DNA from: Sarea resinae
Taxonomy: Eukaryota
Assembly (NCBI GenBank): GCA_026026165.1
Contig: JAPEUD010000018.1
Span: 248,001-312,000 of the forward strand
Length of the DNA stretch: 64,000 bases
Direction: 5' to 3'
Numbering within the stretch: position 1 is the first letter of the stretch; each line of letters opens with the position of its first letter. The notes beneath the pieces are model-generated. The model searched no databases. It saw only the letters and a list, made by a program, of their open reading frames with translations, and was not told the DNA's origin. The position numbers and the translations under genes are program-made. Below, piece after piece: positions 1 to 11,016 of this stretch.

Positions 1-653
1 GTAAGTCGTCGTGTAGATCGTGCTTGTCGTCGCGGAACCAGTCGTTTCAACGGTTGCGTAAGGCAAGGTAACAGTCGTCGCCGAAGGAACAACGGTGGTA
101 ACACCTCCAATTGTCTGGACACCCGGGGAGCAGACGGTTGAGGTTGCGACGGGAACAGTCGCAGTAGAGGTGAGAGTGATAGTCGAGGCCGGGATGGTGT
201 AGACTCCAGTGGAAGTGAACGTCGTCGTAGACGGAGTGGGAACCGTCGCCGGAGCACTTGAAGTTGGCAAGCTTGGGGTCGACGTATTAGATGCCGCAGT
301 TGGTGACACCACAACCGTGGAGAGCTGGGTGGAAGCTATACAGTAGAATTAGCATGGTAAAGAATGCCATATTCGAGGCTCAATTGCTTTGCGGGACTCG
401 ATTCATTGAATCCTCAGCTTGGCAGCGGCCTCTCGTCACATCTCGACCGTCAGACGGATGAGAAAAGGAAGAACTCACTGGCTTCAGGCACGTAGACGGT
501 CACAGTGCTGACGCATGTGCAAGTCGGCTCACGAGCTTCCAGGGCGTTGCGCAGGTGGAAAGCCTCATGAGCGTGACGGCGGTTGTGAGAGGAGCCGGCG
601 ACCACCGTGCCCAGAAGGGCCGAGGCCGCGAGTGCGAAGGCTCCAGCTTTCAT
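1..653 (-). CDS. btgE: BtgE/Scw11-like secreted cell-wall beta-glucanase (GH17 family), N-terminal part only; gene runs off the left edge
   Basis: Exon 1 653-479 reads signal peptide MKAGAFALAASALLGTVVA, then HNRRHAHEAFH and CTC; GT-AG intron 478-336 with a GCTAAT branch point; exon 2 335-<1 is Ser/Thr/Val-rich (PTPSTTTFTSTGVYTIPASTITL...GGVTTVV...T.T.PYA). This N-terminus matches my recollection of Aspergillus BtgE. The catalytic domain is outside the window. Confidence 0.72.
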
Positions 654-3600
654 GTCTGGATTATTCTCTCTCTCAAGGATTGACTATTACAGAATTATGT
701 ATTTTGACGTCGAAGGACGTGAACGAGTGCCCGCTGAAAGAGTGAAGCGGTTGTAGAGGAGCGAGATGAGAAACAATCGCAGCGCTGTGAACGGAACGAA
801 AGGAGGGAAAGAAGAGAAAAGAGAAGGAGTGAGTAGAAGTAGTAATAGTGAGATGGGGTGGAGGCGTAGTCGAAGACAGAAGAGAACGGCGCCCGTTCGA
901 TGTCGAGGCAGCATGGCACTAAGCCGGCAACCGTCGTAGTCAGGTCAGGGGTGGGGGGGGGAAATGGTGAAGCCCGGGGAGGATATCCTTCACCAGCTAC
1001 CTACCTCCCTCCCTACCTACCTATCTTTACCTACTAACTCTACTATGAGTAGCTTACCGTGCATCGTCCATACGCCCATATTCACCAGACCAAGATGATG
1101 GATCCAATTGCTGGATCGAATGGCAGCGATGCTCGTAGTACCGTACCTGCATTGCAGCTTGCCTTCGCGTCTGTCATCCGTCGATGGTGACACCCTTGAT
1201 CCAGTCCGACAGACCGCGCATCCGCATATGCGTTCGCGTCCGCAGCAACAACAATGGAGGCTTGAAGACAGCGAGCAAGCATGGGGAGGCAGGCTATGGA
1301 AAGGAGGACACCGCATGAGCATCTTTCCCCAATGGTAGAGGCGTGAGCAGGCCAATCTATTCTCGTAGACTCGACCTAGTTGGGTGGTGAGTGATCGTAT
1401 TAGTAGTGGCTTCCAAGGCTCTCTTCGTGCTGGGATGCACCGAATCAGGGCTCGAACGACTGCCCATGATGATTTGCCTCAGGTCCCACGAAATCTCGTC
1501 GTCGGTCCGTGATATCAGAAGTACTCCGTACATCCAATGGATGGCCCCTTGGCTGTGTGGGAGGCATTGCAGTACTAGCAGTAGGGTTGCAGTGCGGGTG
1601 GACATGGATGGGAAATGAGCACTTCCCGATCGGGACAACGGATATCCGCTTCCCCTGAGAATTGGCTGACCGCTAAGCCGCAAGGAGCCCTAGCCCTTCG
1701 AATCACGAACCTCCATCAGTCGTCACTCTTCATCTCGACCATCTCGACCATCTTCTTCTTATTACGACTCGACTCGACCAACCTTGGAAGACTACTCGGA
1801 CTACTCCTTCTACTGCGCAGTACTAGACTGCGACCAAGACTACCAAGAAGCGGCCAAGCAAAGAAAGGAGTCGGGGACGCGTGCACCTGGACTTCTCTTC
1901 CTCTCCCACGCCTGCTCGGCGTACTACCTAGTACGGTATCTACGGACTACTCCGGAGTATTAATCATCAACGATTCGATACTCTACTGTTTACATCATAT
2001 GCCCCTGGTATCATGCTCGCCCGAGATGGAAACATCTCCAGCCGTGGACAGGAACAGGAAAGGGCCGGACTGCATCCCCACCCCTTCCTAGCCAGCCATG
2101 CACTATTTGACTACACTATTCCAGATCAACGGCATGGCCCTGTCGATCGCTTCTACTCCGAGTACAACCCATCTCGCTCGGCAGCGATTGCCCGCCGCAC
2201 GACTCCCATTTATCCGCCATGTTAGATTGGTATGAAGATAATCATGTACGGTGATACGATCTGCCGACCTGAAACTCCGTAAAGATGTACTTCATACTTC
2301 GTACCTGGGGAGACCTCACTTTCGTCTCTCGCCATAATATTATTACCAACCTGAGGTATTCAACGCGATTTGGTCAATGCCGTGACATACCTTTTGTTCT
2401 TTGCCCCTCTCCAGCTCTATCGCTGAGGAGATTAGAGCTTCGAGAGATACGAGAGATACGAGAATTCATGGCTAGCTCCGCCCAGACCGATGATGAGGAA
2501 GTCCGATAGAGTGGAGTGCGAATCCACCATGCTCTAGAGCTCCATCCTATCTCCGCGCGTCGTCCACGTTCCACGTGACTTCATCTGCTGTAACTTCATC
2601 CCACCAAGAGAGGGATTGGCAGCATGACAGCTTTATCAACGAGGAAACTCGATATCACCGAGACTTCTGCCTGCCGCTATATATCTCTTTCGTCGTCTTG
2701 CGCAAAGATGCAGGTGGCCGAACGTATCCCGAGATACCAGAGAGCTAGATTGTTGCCGTATAAGGTAGGTTGGGTTGTTTGCGCGCGGACTCCGCCTGAA
2801 TGTTGCAAGTTATAGAGAGGCGACCTTGTTGCCATTGAGGAGCTCGACTCTTGCTATATACCTTAGGGATGTCTTCAATTGGTATAGCCATACCCACAGG
2901 CTGGTACCGCACTTGCTCTTCCACGTCAAAGAGCTGTGGCTTAGCATCGCGTACGTCTGTCCATCACTGCGTATGCTGCTGCGATATCTGTCTCGCGGTC
3001 ATTGTTGCTATGGTGCCCTTGCTCTTTGACATTTTGTCATGTTGACTATTCGTCGTTCCGTATGCCTGAAGGGCGGCGTTGTATGATTCCAGCTTTCTTT
3101 GCCGCTGTACTCGTTTAGGACACGGTACTGCAGCTATATGTTGTGGCTCTGTGTTTCCATACTTGATCGACGAAGGTGACCATATCTTTTCCTGCGCTTT
3201 CTATCTTAGTCGGAATGTTAGATGAGCAGCGGGAGAGCGCGAGACTTCGAAGAGAGGAGAGACGTCTTGCTGCTTCAGTGCCAAACCCTGGTCCTTGAAG
3301 TTGGTTGCCCATCCGCACAGCTGGTGATGAAGCTTGCTGACCCGGTGACGGTAGTAAATTGCCCTCGATGTGAGAGTTCAAGTCTTGCGCAGAGCCGACG
3401 AGAGGCAAGGGCTAGCATGGGATGCTTTCGGGGAGCAGCATTGCCTTCGAGAGGGAACTTCTCTTCAGGGGCTGCCATGGAGGGCCAATTCACAAAAACT
3501 AGATTCACTTGCGGTGTGACGGACTGAGGAGCACAGGGGATGGGCTTGAAGCCAACGGGTAAAGCACACCACCATGACTTGAGAGTGAATGGAAGATATC

Positions 3601-3908
3601 GTCGAGGCGATATCGATTGTCAACGGACCTTCGGTCTGATCTCAAACTCTTCTTCATCACATCCCTTCTTGATCGATCTCCGTCTTCCAAACTTCCTACC
3701 TAGGACGAAATCAACCGTTCCAATTAGATTTTTCGTATGCCCTTCCTATCTCGGCCGTGTCTAGGTCTCGCATGCTGATCTATGACTGAATTAGGCATCT
3801 GTGCGTTCCTGTTGCCGTGAGGCATCATTGTCGTGAGTTGTCGTGAGTTGTCGCGAGCTGCTCATTGTCGATGACCAGTGTCTTACGAAGCTGAACGTGC
3901 TATAGAAT

Positions 3909-6599
3909 ATGTCAGCTCCTGGTGCTCCTGGCGCTCCTGGCGCTTCTAGTGCTCCAATTACTTCTGGAACTCTGGTTGCTCCAGTTGCTCTCATGGTCCC
4001 AGCTAACCCAGCTGCTCCTGGTGCTCCTCCTGCTCCTGGTGCTCCTAGACAACCACGCACCCCCTACAAGGGCAGATTCAGTATTGTAGGGCAAATCCTT
4101 GTTGACTATCCATGGGCAAGACGATGGACGATTGAAGTGCAAGACTGGACAAACTGGATATCCTTAGGAAGTGTCTCTGGATATGAGGTATTGCGGAACA
4201 GAATTGCAAACGACCCCTGGACTCCGTTTAGTCACACCTTGAACTCTTTCGTACCCACTTGTGAGAGTGTCGGTGATGTCGCATTTCAACTCTTTGATAC
4301 GTACGGCACGTTTAAAAGAGGAGAGTTTCAAGATAACCCTTTTAGACGGGGAACTGGCGTCTGGGGTGATGAACTGAACAAGGGGAACTTTTTTGTGATT
4401 GACAAATTCCTCATCACTAAGGACGACCGGTCTTATACCACCAGGCTCAAGCTCATCAGAGAATTATTAAGTCACCTCTTTGTGTTGCTGCAGGTCGAGT
4501 TCGTCTTCATTAACCCCGAGTACGTGAAGGAGCATTCTGGTTGGATAAAAGATCGCCATCTTATCTCAACTGTCGGCTTCCTCAACTCTCAATTCCGCAA
4601 ATGTGGTTTCAGGCGTGTAGGAAGATCTGATTTCCTCTGTTGTGCTTCCAACCTGCACGCACACCCGTCTCAAGACATTCTACCTGAAGACGACTACGAT
4701 TTCCCTATACCTCCTGAAGAGCTTCACTTCGGCGAGTATCTGGGTTATGGTCCAGCTCCCTGGGTAACAGATGTGAATCAAGACCGTGCTGGTTCCTATC
4801 CTGTCGTGGACAACGGCTCCGAAGATTCTTCCAACAACACGAACGGCACAGGCACTTCATCTACGACTCTGAACGGCACTCCTTCGAACAGTCAGAGTCC
4901 TTCACTCTCTTCAAACTCAGCCTCTGCTAACCTACCTGCCGCAAACCCATCTTCTACAATCACCTCTGCTACAACCACTACTACAACCACCGCTCCTTCA
5001 ACCACCGCTCCTTCTGCCACCGCTCCTTCTGCCACCGCTCCTTCAACGACCTCTCTTACAACAACCTCTCTTACAACGACCTCTGATTCAAACCTCATGA
5101 ACCCAAGCTTCTCAGTCCAACGTATTGTGGGCGCTTCTTTTTTGATGGACCCTTCTACCGATACCGGCCTAGAGATGGATTTAGCTGCTTCTGCCATCTC
5201 AAGTTCCATCGACACGCCTACTGAGATGGATACGACTGCTGAAAATGATGGTCACGCGATCACCTCTACTGAGGTTGATTCTATCATGACGGATGTGGAC
5301 GCTTTGGCACCTCTTTCGTCTCAGGCGCACGCCGAGGTCCCAACTTCTACGGACGTGGTCCCTGCGAGTGCCCCTGTGAGTGAACGCAATTCTGGTCCTT
5401 TGACGGCCGCTTCAATGGAAGGGATGCTTCGGCCCATCTTCCCATTTGCCCACCGGGCGATTTTCCGTCTTCCTGATAAGCGGCTTTTCTTGAGCGCCCC
5501 ACGAGTGCATCCGGCCGTCTACATTACGCTCGGCGCCCAGCGCGTATCCATGGATAAGGAGACCACCGACAAAGTCCTTTACCGCTTTTTCGCCGCTCGG
5601 AATTTACCTGACTCGAAGAATAACCTTTTCTTCGCGCGTCAAGCTCGGGTCGTCCGCCCCCCCAATGATCAGACCTGGTTCTTGCAATTCAACGGACAGA
5701 CTCTTCTCCACTTTGCGGCACTGCATAGAAAATTCGACACCATCTGTGCCCTTCTCGAGGCGCCCGAAGCCCAACACTTATTGACCACTGTCAACTCTTC
5801 CGGCTTTACACCCGAGCAGCTGCTCCTCAGTAGTATGGATCTCCAGCATCGTGCACGCACCCAAGTCAATGGTGTCACTACGGCGACCCGTCCGGACTTT
5901 AGGGGCTATGATGAGTTGTCTGCTAAGTGCCTCATGAGGCTCCGTGGTGTTCCTATGCCGTTCTCCCTGCGAGCCATCGCACGCGGCAAGGGAGGCTGCA
6001 CCTGCAATAAATGCCGCGACGGGGTTTTGAGTCGCCGCACTTGCTACATTTTGATGGCTATCTGCGTGCACCTTTGGGAAGAATTCGATGAATTGGACTC
6101 AGTTGCCGACCGGAGACAATGGTTTATGGGTCATATGCAGGATGCCCATGCCGTGGTCAGAACCAACTGGCCTCAGTACACGTATCGCGAGGAGCCTTAT
6201 CAAGACGTCCCAGGGATCATCGGCGAGCGATGTGCTAATCTGGCCGTCCATACCGGCTTTCGCAACTACTTCGAATTTCTCCACGACATCTTTGACATGT
6301 GGCAAATTCCTGACGAGTCGCAGATGCTTTGGTATCGCCGGTACTGTTCGGAGTGGCCTCGGTACGGCGAAGATTTTCACCGGCGTGGCGGTCGTACCAG
6401 TATGGTCGTCGCCTGTGTCGTAGCTTATGCCTTGAAACACAATGTCGCCAGATCCGACCACCCTCTTCGCATCGGGCCGGAGAATAGGAAGGAATCCGAA
6501 GCGCTTCATTGCCGCAACGACAATGATTTCCTCTATGTGTTGAGGTACTCTCTCGAGGACGCCCCGCTCGACGAGGAGGCGGCCTATTATCCGTGGTAG
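3909..6599 (+). CDS. 896-aa uncharacterised fungal protein: GNAT-like N-terminal domain, Ser/Thr-rich linker, ankyrin-like repeat, Cys-containing C-terminal domain
   Basis: Single long ORF starting with ATG. Motifs AFQLFDTYG, GTGVWGDELNKG, FRKCGFRRVG, HPSQDILPEDDYD; ankyrin-like GQTLLHFAALHRKFDTICALL...NSSGFTP; GCTCNKCRDGVLS and CRNDNDF. These match a recurring uncharacterised fungal family as I recall it (not searched). Confidence 0.75.
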   Translation: MSAPGAPGAPGASSAPITSGTLVAPVALMVPANPAAPGAPPAPGAPRQPRTPYKGRFSIVGQILVDYPWARRWTIEVQDWTNWISLGSVSGYEVLRNRIANDPWTPFSHTLNSFVPTCESVGDVAFQLFDTYGTFKRGEFQDNPFRRGTGVWGDELNKGNFFVIDKFLITKDDRSYTTRLKLIRELLSHLFVLLQVEFVFINPEYVKEHSGWIKDRHLISTVGFLNSQFRKCGFRRVGRSDFLCCASNLHAHPSQDILPEDDYDFPIPPEELHFGEYLGYGPAPWVTDVNQDRAGSYPVVDNGSEDSSNNTNGTGTSSTTLNGTPSNSQSPSLSSNSASANLPAANPSSTITSATTTTTTTAPSTTAPSATAPSATAPSTTSLTTTSLTTTSDSNLMNPSFSVQRIVGASFLMDPSTDTGLEMDLAASAISSSIDTPTEMDTTAENDGHAITSTEVDSIMTDVDALAPLSSQAHAEVPTSTDVVPASAPVSERNSGPLTAASMEGMLRPIFPFAHRAIFRLPDKRLFLSAPRVHPAVYITLGAQRVSMDKETTDKVLYRFFAARNLPDSKNNLFFARQARVVRPPNDQTWFLQFNGQTLLHFAALHRKFDTICALLEAPEAQHLLTTVNSSGFTPEQLLLSSMDLQHRARTQVNGVTTATRPDFRGYDELSAKCLMRLRGVPMPFSLRAIARGKGGCTCNKCRDGVLSRRTCYILMAICVHLWEEFDELDSVADRRQWFMGHMQDAHAVVRTNWPQYTYREEPYQDVPGIIGERCANLAVHTGFRNYFEFLHDIFDMWQIPDESQMLWYRRYCSEWPRYGEDFHRRGGRTSMVVACVVAYALKHNVARSDHPLRIGPENRKESEALHCRNDNDFLYVLRYSLEDAPLDEEAAYYPW

Positions 6600-7040
6600 T
6601 GAATCGAATTTGATGGTCGACAGGGTGGAGGAAAGCGTCCAGAGAGCGCGTTGGAAAAGAATGGAGGATTTGGAAAGTGTGATGGGGCTGGATGGGGTGA
6701 TGGACTTGTGTCTGGGAGGAAAAAGAAGGGGTCACTGTTGAAGGGCAGGATCCTTGTCAAGTTCGGGGATGTTCTGTTTCCTTGTATGCTTCCGTCTTTT
6801 CTCATTGCCCTAATGTCATGTTTGCCTATGTTTTCTCTTTTTTCCCAGCTCGCTCGTCGTCCGCATCCCTCATTATGATGCCTTGGCTTGTGTCTTTCAT
6901 GTCTTTTCCTTACGTACACGTCTCTCAAGCTTTCCTTACGCACACGTCTCTCATGTTTCCCTCACGGAACGCAGTCCCCCGATGCCATGGCCCAGTTCGC
7001 TGGCAGGCAACGGGACGACTCCAACTTTTCCTTTTCCCGT

Positions 7041-7312
7041 CTTGTCTCGTTCTCGACTCACCGCCCCATGGCGTTTCTCGATGACCATGGCCCTCTGCTG
7101 CTGCTACTTGCAACGCAAGGCTGTAAAGAGAAACCCCATATCCCTCGCGCGGTCGAACGAATTGCACAAACCACCCCCCCGTCTCATCTTGTCCCTCGTC
7201 CTCGACTCACCGCCCCATGGCGTTTCTCGATGACCACGGCCCTCTACTGCTGCTCTTCGCGGCGCAAGGTTGTAAAGAGAATCCCCATATCCCGCGCGGT
7301 CGAACGAATTTG
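7041..7312. repeat. Two-copy tandem duplication, period about 149 bp
   Basis: ctcgactcaccgccccatggcgtttctcgatgacca...tgtaaagagaa.ccccatatccc..gcgcggtcgaacgaatt begins at both 7052 and 7201, with scattered substitutions. Confidence 0.92.
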
Positions 7313-7732
7313 CGAAGAAATAAAACATAAAAGAAAAGAGATCTCGTCTTCGCTTTCGACTTAGCTTAACTTAGCTTAGCTTAGCTGGTTTACCAACGAA
7401 TCTACGTGATCTCTCCACCACTTTTGTCAACGTAGCAATGGCAATGGTGATGATCTCCCTACGACCACTGCCTCTGTTGACCAAGGACGGGGGCCCGTCT
7501 GACCCCGCCTGATTGCCTTATTGACCTGTTGATGTCTATAGCCGAGAGCCATGAAGCACGAGGCTAGCGGGATTAAATCTAAGCCAAGGTAATGCCCCAG
7601 ACAAAGACAAAGACCAAGGCGAAAGATTAACGTCGCCAGCACCTCCAGCGCCTCCACAGCACGCTGTCTTCGATTCTTTCTGAGTAGATGCCGGATGATG
7701 GGGCTCGCTGGTGGTGTAGCTACATCTCTGGC

Positions 7733-7816
7733 GCTATGCTATGCTATGCTATGCTATGCTATGCTATGCTATGCTATGCTATGCTATGCTATGCTATGCT
7801 ATGCTATGCTATGCTA
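7733..7816. repeat. (GCTAT)n pentanucleotide microsatellite, about 16 copies
   Basis: Perfect run read directly. Confidence 0.95.
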
Positions 7817-7859
7817 GCGTACACCTACTTACTGTAAGGTAGTTGACTATACTCTACTG

Positions 7860-7860
<1 letters not shown>

Positions 7861-7899
<39 letters not shown>
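7861..7899. repeat. (GAT)13 microsatellite
   Basis: Perfect run read directly. Confidence 0.95.
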
Positions 7900-7997
7900 A
7901 GAAGTATGATGATATACATGTAACTAGGAATTCAGCGACTCACTGACTTACTAATCTACTCACTCCCTCCTCACTCACTCACTCTCTGACTTGGACC

Positions 7998-7998
<1 letters not shown>

Positions 7999-8029
<31 letters not shown>
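7999..8029. repeat. Poly(C) homopolymer, about 31 nt
   Basis: Read directly; exact length may be affected by sequencing error. Confidence 0.9.
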
Positions 8030-8030
<1 letters not shown>

Positions 8031-8612
8031 ACAGCAGTTCACGAATCACGGAAACACTGAAACACCAAAACACTAAAACACTCCAAGACAACAAACACGC
8101 ATACCAAAGAAAAAGGGCCTGGGTACCTAGCTTGCGCCCATCCTGACCTGACCTGGCCTGACCAGACCGGGCTGACCAGACCGAGCTGACCTGACCTGAG
8201 CGAGCCCCAGGAGAAGAGCAGAGAAGGCCAGAGAAGGCCAGAGAAGACAGAGAAGACAATCTAGCATCTCATAGCACCGTACAAGGCAGATGAGTGAAAA
8301 AGTATTGATTAACGACTAGGGAATTATAACAGAGATATGGGCGGCCGTCAGGCTGGTTGCTAGATAGGTAGGTAGGTAGATAGACGGACATTATTGATAC
8401 AAGGGTAGATAGAGAGAGAGAAAATATTCAAGGAATTGAAACGGAAAAAAGGCCCCCCCCCACATCCCCACCATTTCGCCTTTTTCCTAACTCGTGGGTC
8501 CTATTTACACCCTTGTTTTCCTTTCCTTTCCTTTGCTTTCCCTTCCTTTTCTTGAGTTCGCATTCGACGTCCTGATTCATGCTCGTGCTCAGGTTCATGC
8601 TCACGGCTATGC

Positions 8613-9491
8613 TCATGCGACAAACGCCCATGCCATGCCCGCAACAGCCAAGCTAGCAATGGCAGAGAATCCCCATCGCACGCTCGTGGCAGCGTCGCTC
8701 TTGGAACCAGTGGCGCTAGCGGCAGCACCGGATGCCGTACCGCTTCCCGACTTCGAAGAAACAGTGGCCGTGGCACCGTGAGCGCTTACTTTCGAGCCCG
8801 TGGATGCGCTCGACGCGCCACTCGACGAGGCAGCCGACGCACCACCCGTCGCCGTCGCCGTCCCCGTTGCCGACGCAGCCACACTCATGGGCGCACCACC
8901 TGCCGTCACGCTGGCCTTTTGCACGTTGCCGACACTGGCGCAGAACCCGATCGTGCTGCTCAGGATGGCCAGGTCGCTGGAATCGGACGGCATCGCCGAC
9001 GAGAGCTCCGACGCCGCGATCGCGACACAGCTGCTGTACGGGACGTCGAAGCTGTTGGGCGCCCAGGCTTTGCTGCTGTAGCAGAGGCAGGCGGCTTGCG
9101 AGGCGAGTGGCAGGTCGTCAAAGCCCGACGTGGCGGATTCGCAAGCGTCGATCTTGACGTTGACTGACTGGCAGGCCGCAGGCTCGCTGACCGAAGCCGA
9201 GGCCGCAGCCGACGATAGAGCCGCGAGGGCAGAGCTATCGCTGGCGGCAGCGGTGGCGGAGAGGGAGGCAGATGGGTAGGCGGAATCGGAGGCGGAAGCG
9301 GAGGCGGCAGCGTACGCAGAATCGTACGCAGCATCGTAGGCAGTACTGTAGGCAGCATCGTAGGCGGAATCGTAGGCGGAATCATAGGCAGAAGACGCCG
9401 CAGCCTGTGCGCCCGAGGGGTCTTGGGCGAACGCAGGAACCGCGCTGGCGAGCCCGAAGGCCAAGAGCAGAAGAGAGCGAGAAGACGGCAT
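8613..9491 (-). CDS. Secreted, probably GPI-anchored, Ser/Ala-rich cell-surface protein with a 6-Cys domain (292 aa)
   Basis: ATG at 9491 gives signal peptide MPSSRSLLLLAFGLASAVPAFA; SAYD repeats; Cys domain C-x9-C...QAACLCY...C...FC; Ser/Ala/Thr/Gly stalk; KSDAA omega-like site followed by hydrophobic tail WGFSAIASLAVAGMAWAFVA. Confidence 0.85.
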   Translation of the reverse strand: MPSSRSLLLLAFGLASAVPAFAQDPSGAQAAASSAYDSAYDSAYDAAYSTAYDAAYDSAYAAASASASDSAYPSASLSATAAASDSSALAALSSAAASASVSEPAACQSVNVKIDACESATSGFDDLPLASQAACLCYSSKAWAPNSFDVPYSSCVAIAASELSSAMPSDSSDLAILSSTIGFCASVGNVQKASVTAGGAPMSVAASATGTATATGGASAASSSGASSASTGSKVSAHGATATVSSKSGSGTASGAAASATGSKSDAATSVRWGFSAIASLAVAGMAWAFVA

Positions 9492-11016
9492 GGTCGGTGC
9501 GAATGGAACAGGAGTGTCCTGGTTTCCTGGTTTCCTGCTTTCCTGCTTTCCTGCTTTCCTGCTTTCCTGAATTGGATTGACAACGAGGAGCAACGACAAA
9601 GAAAAAGCGAGAGGCGACAATCACACGGAAGAATGAATGAAGACTTGGACAGAGATGAACAGAAAAGATGCCATCGAGGGGGCATCGCGGCCACCATAAA
9701 TAAACACCTCTCTCACCATCGCACTATTGCCATTGCCCGCAAGCGGCGCCCAAGGCAGGCCTGGGCGATGCTTGGACAGGGTGTGTTTTTCATTCGTGGC
9801 TTGGAGAAGTCGTCTCACCCTCACCCGTCCCGAAATCCGAACCAATACGAACAGCTCGTGATACGGGACCGGCCAAGGCCCAGGCAGCAGCAGCGAGAGT
9901 CGCCTTGAAGACCAGTTTCGAGATGACTACGGAGTATGTAGTACTCCGTACTACGTAGCATCTGCACCGCAAATCAAGGTCGCCCCTACCATAGTAAAGT
10001 GCTATTCAGGGACGGCGCCCCCTCTGGAGAGTGGCTGTATCGACCACGGTAGGCACCATGGTTGGTCTAGCCGTGCCTAGACGTAAATCCGGGCTCAGGG
10101 CTGAGGCCTTGGCGACTCGCCCGGGGACGCGCTCTCGCCGCTTGGGGAAATTGCTGCCCGGAAGGATCGAGCCCTAAGCCCCCGAGGGCATCGCGCTGAC
10201 CGTGGGCGCCCGTTCCTGGGGAGGCCCAAGGAACACGTCCTGTACTTCGTACAGCGTACCTTCGTACGGATGAGAGCCCCATCGGATACGGGTCGGGTAC
10301 CAAGTACGAAGTACGCCTGTTTACAATAGAGTACTTCGTGCTGCAACTCTCGCCCAGGAACTCGTATTCCTACAGACAGACCGCACATCTCTCGTCACGG
10401 CACCAGACCTACGATCGTCGCCTTCTTCGCGAACTACGACCACCATCTCAAGGTATGTATGGCATCTCCTGTTATGGACGATCTTTGATTTCCCCGAGTC
10501 CGGCGCACTTCCCCTGCACTTCTCGGCAAACCTTATCAACAACCCACCCATCCGCAAATTTGCCGGAGACGTCTGTGCTCGTCTTGATGATAGGCCAAGA
10601 AAAGAATCAGAGAGCCTTTCGACAAGCCGATTCGACCCTCCAGTGCATGCTCTGATTTGCCGCTTTCATGCCTTTTCTGATCCATCATCCGATCCATCCA
10701 TCAAATTTTAGCCCGCTTCTCGAGGTATCAAACATCCACGCTGCCCCCATCCTTCCTGTTCCCGACAGATCTTGATTCGGAAAAAGATTGAATGACTCAA
10801 CGCCAAGCACCCGCTCTCCCATGCGTCAAGCCGAAGCTACCTTGATATGCCTTCGCCGATTTTGAGCACCATGAAAGAAGAATCAATGTAAAGCAAAAAC
10901 GCCAAATGCGAACATATGCATCTGAAAACCACCGTCAAGTGACCCATCGGGTCGACATGACAAGACATGACATGACAGGACATGGCATAAGATGAAGAGA
11001 ATCGCGGAGTTCCTCA

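Noticed and set aside
6888..7364. 158-aa ORF with an internal repeat
   Set aside because: Follows the 149-bp DNA duplication, whose period is not a multiple of 3, so it is not a protein repeat.
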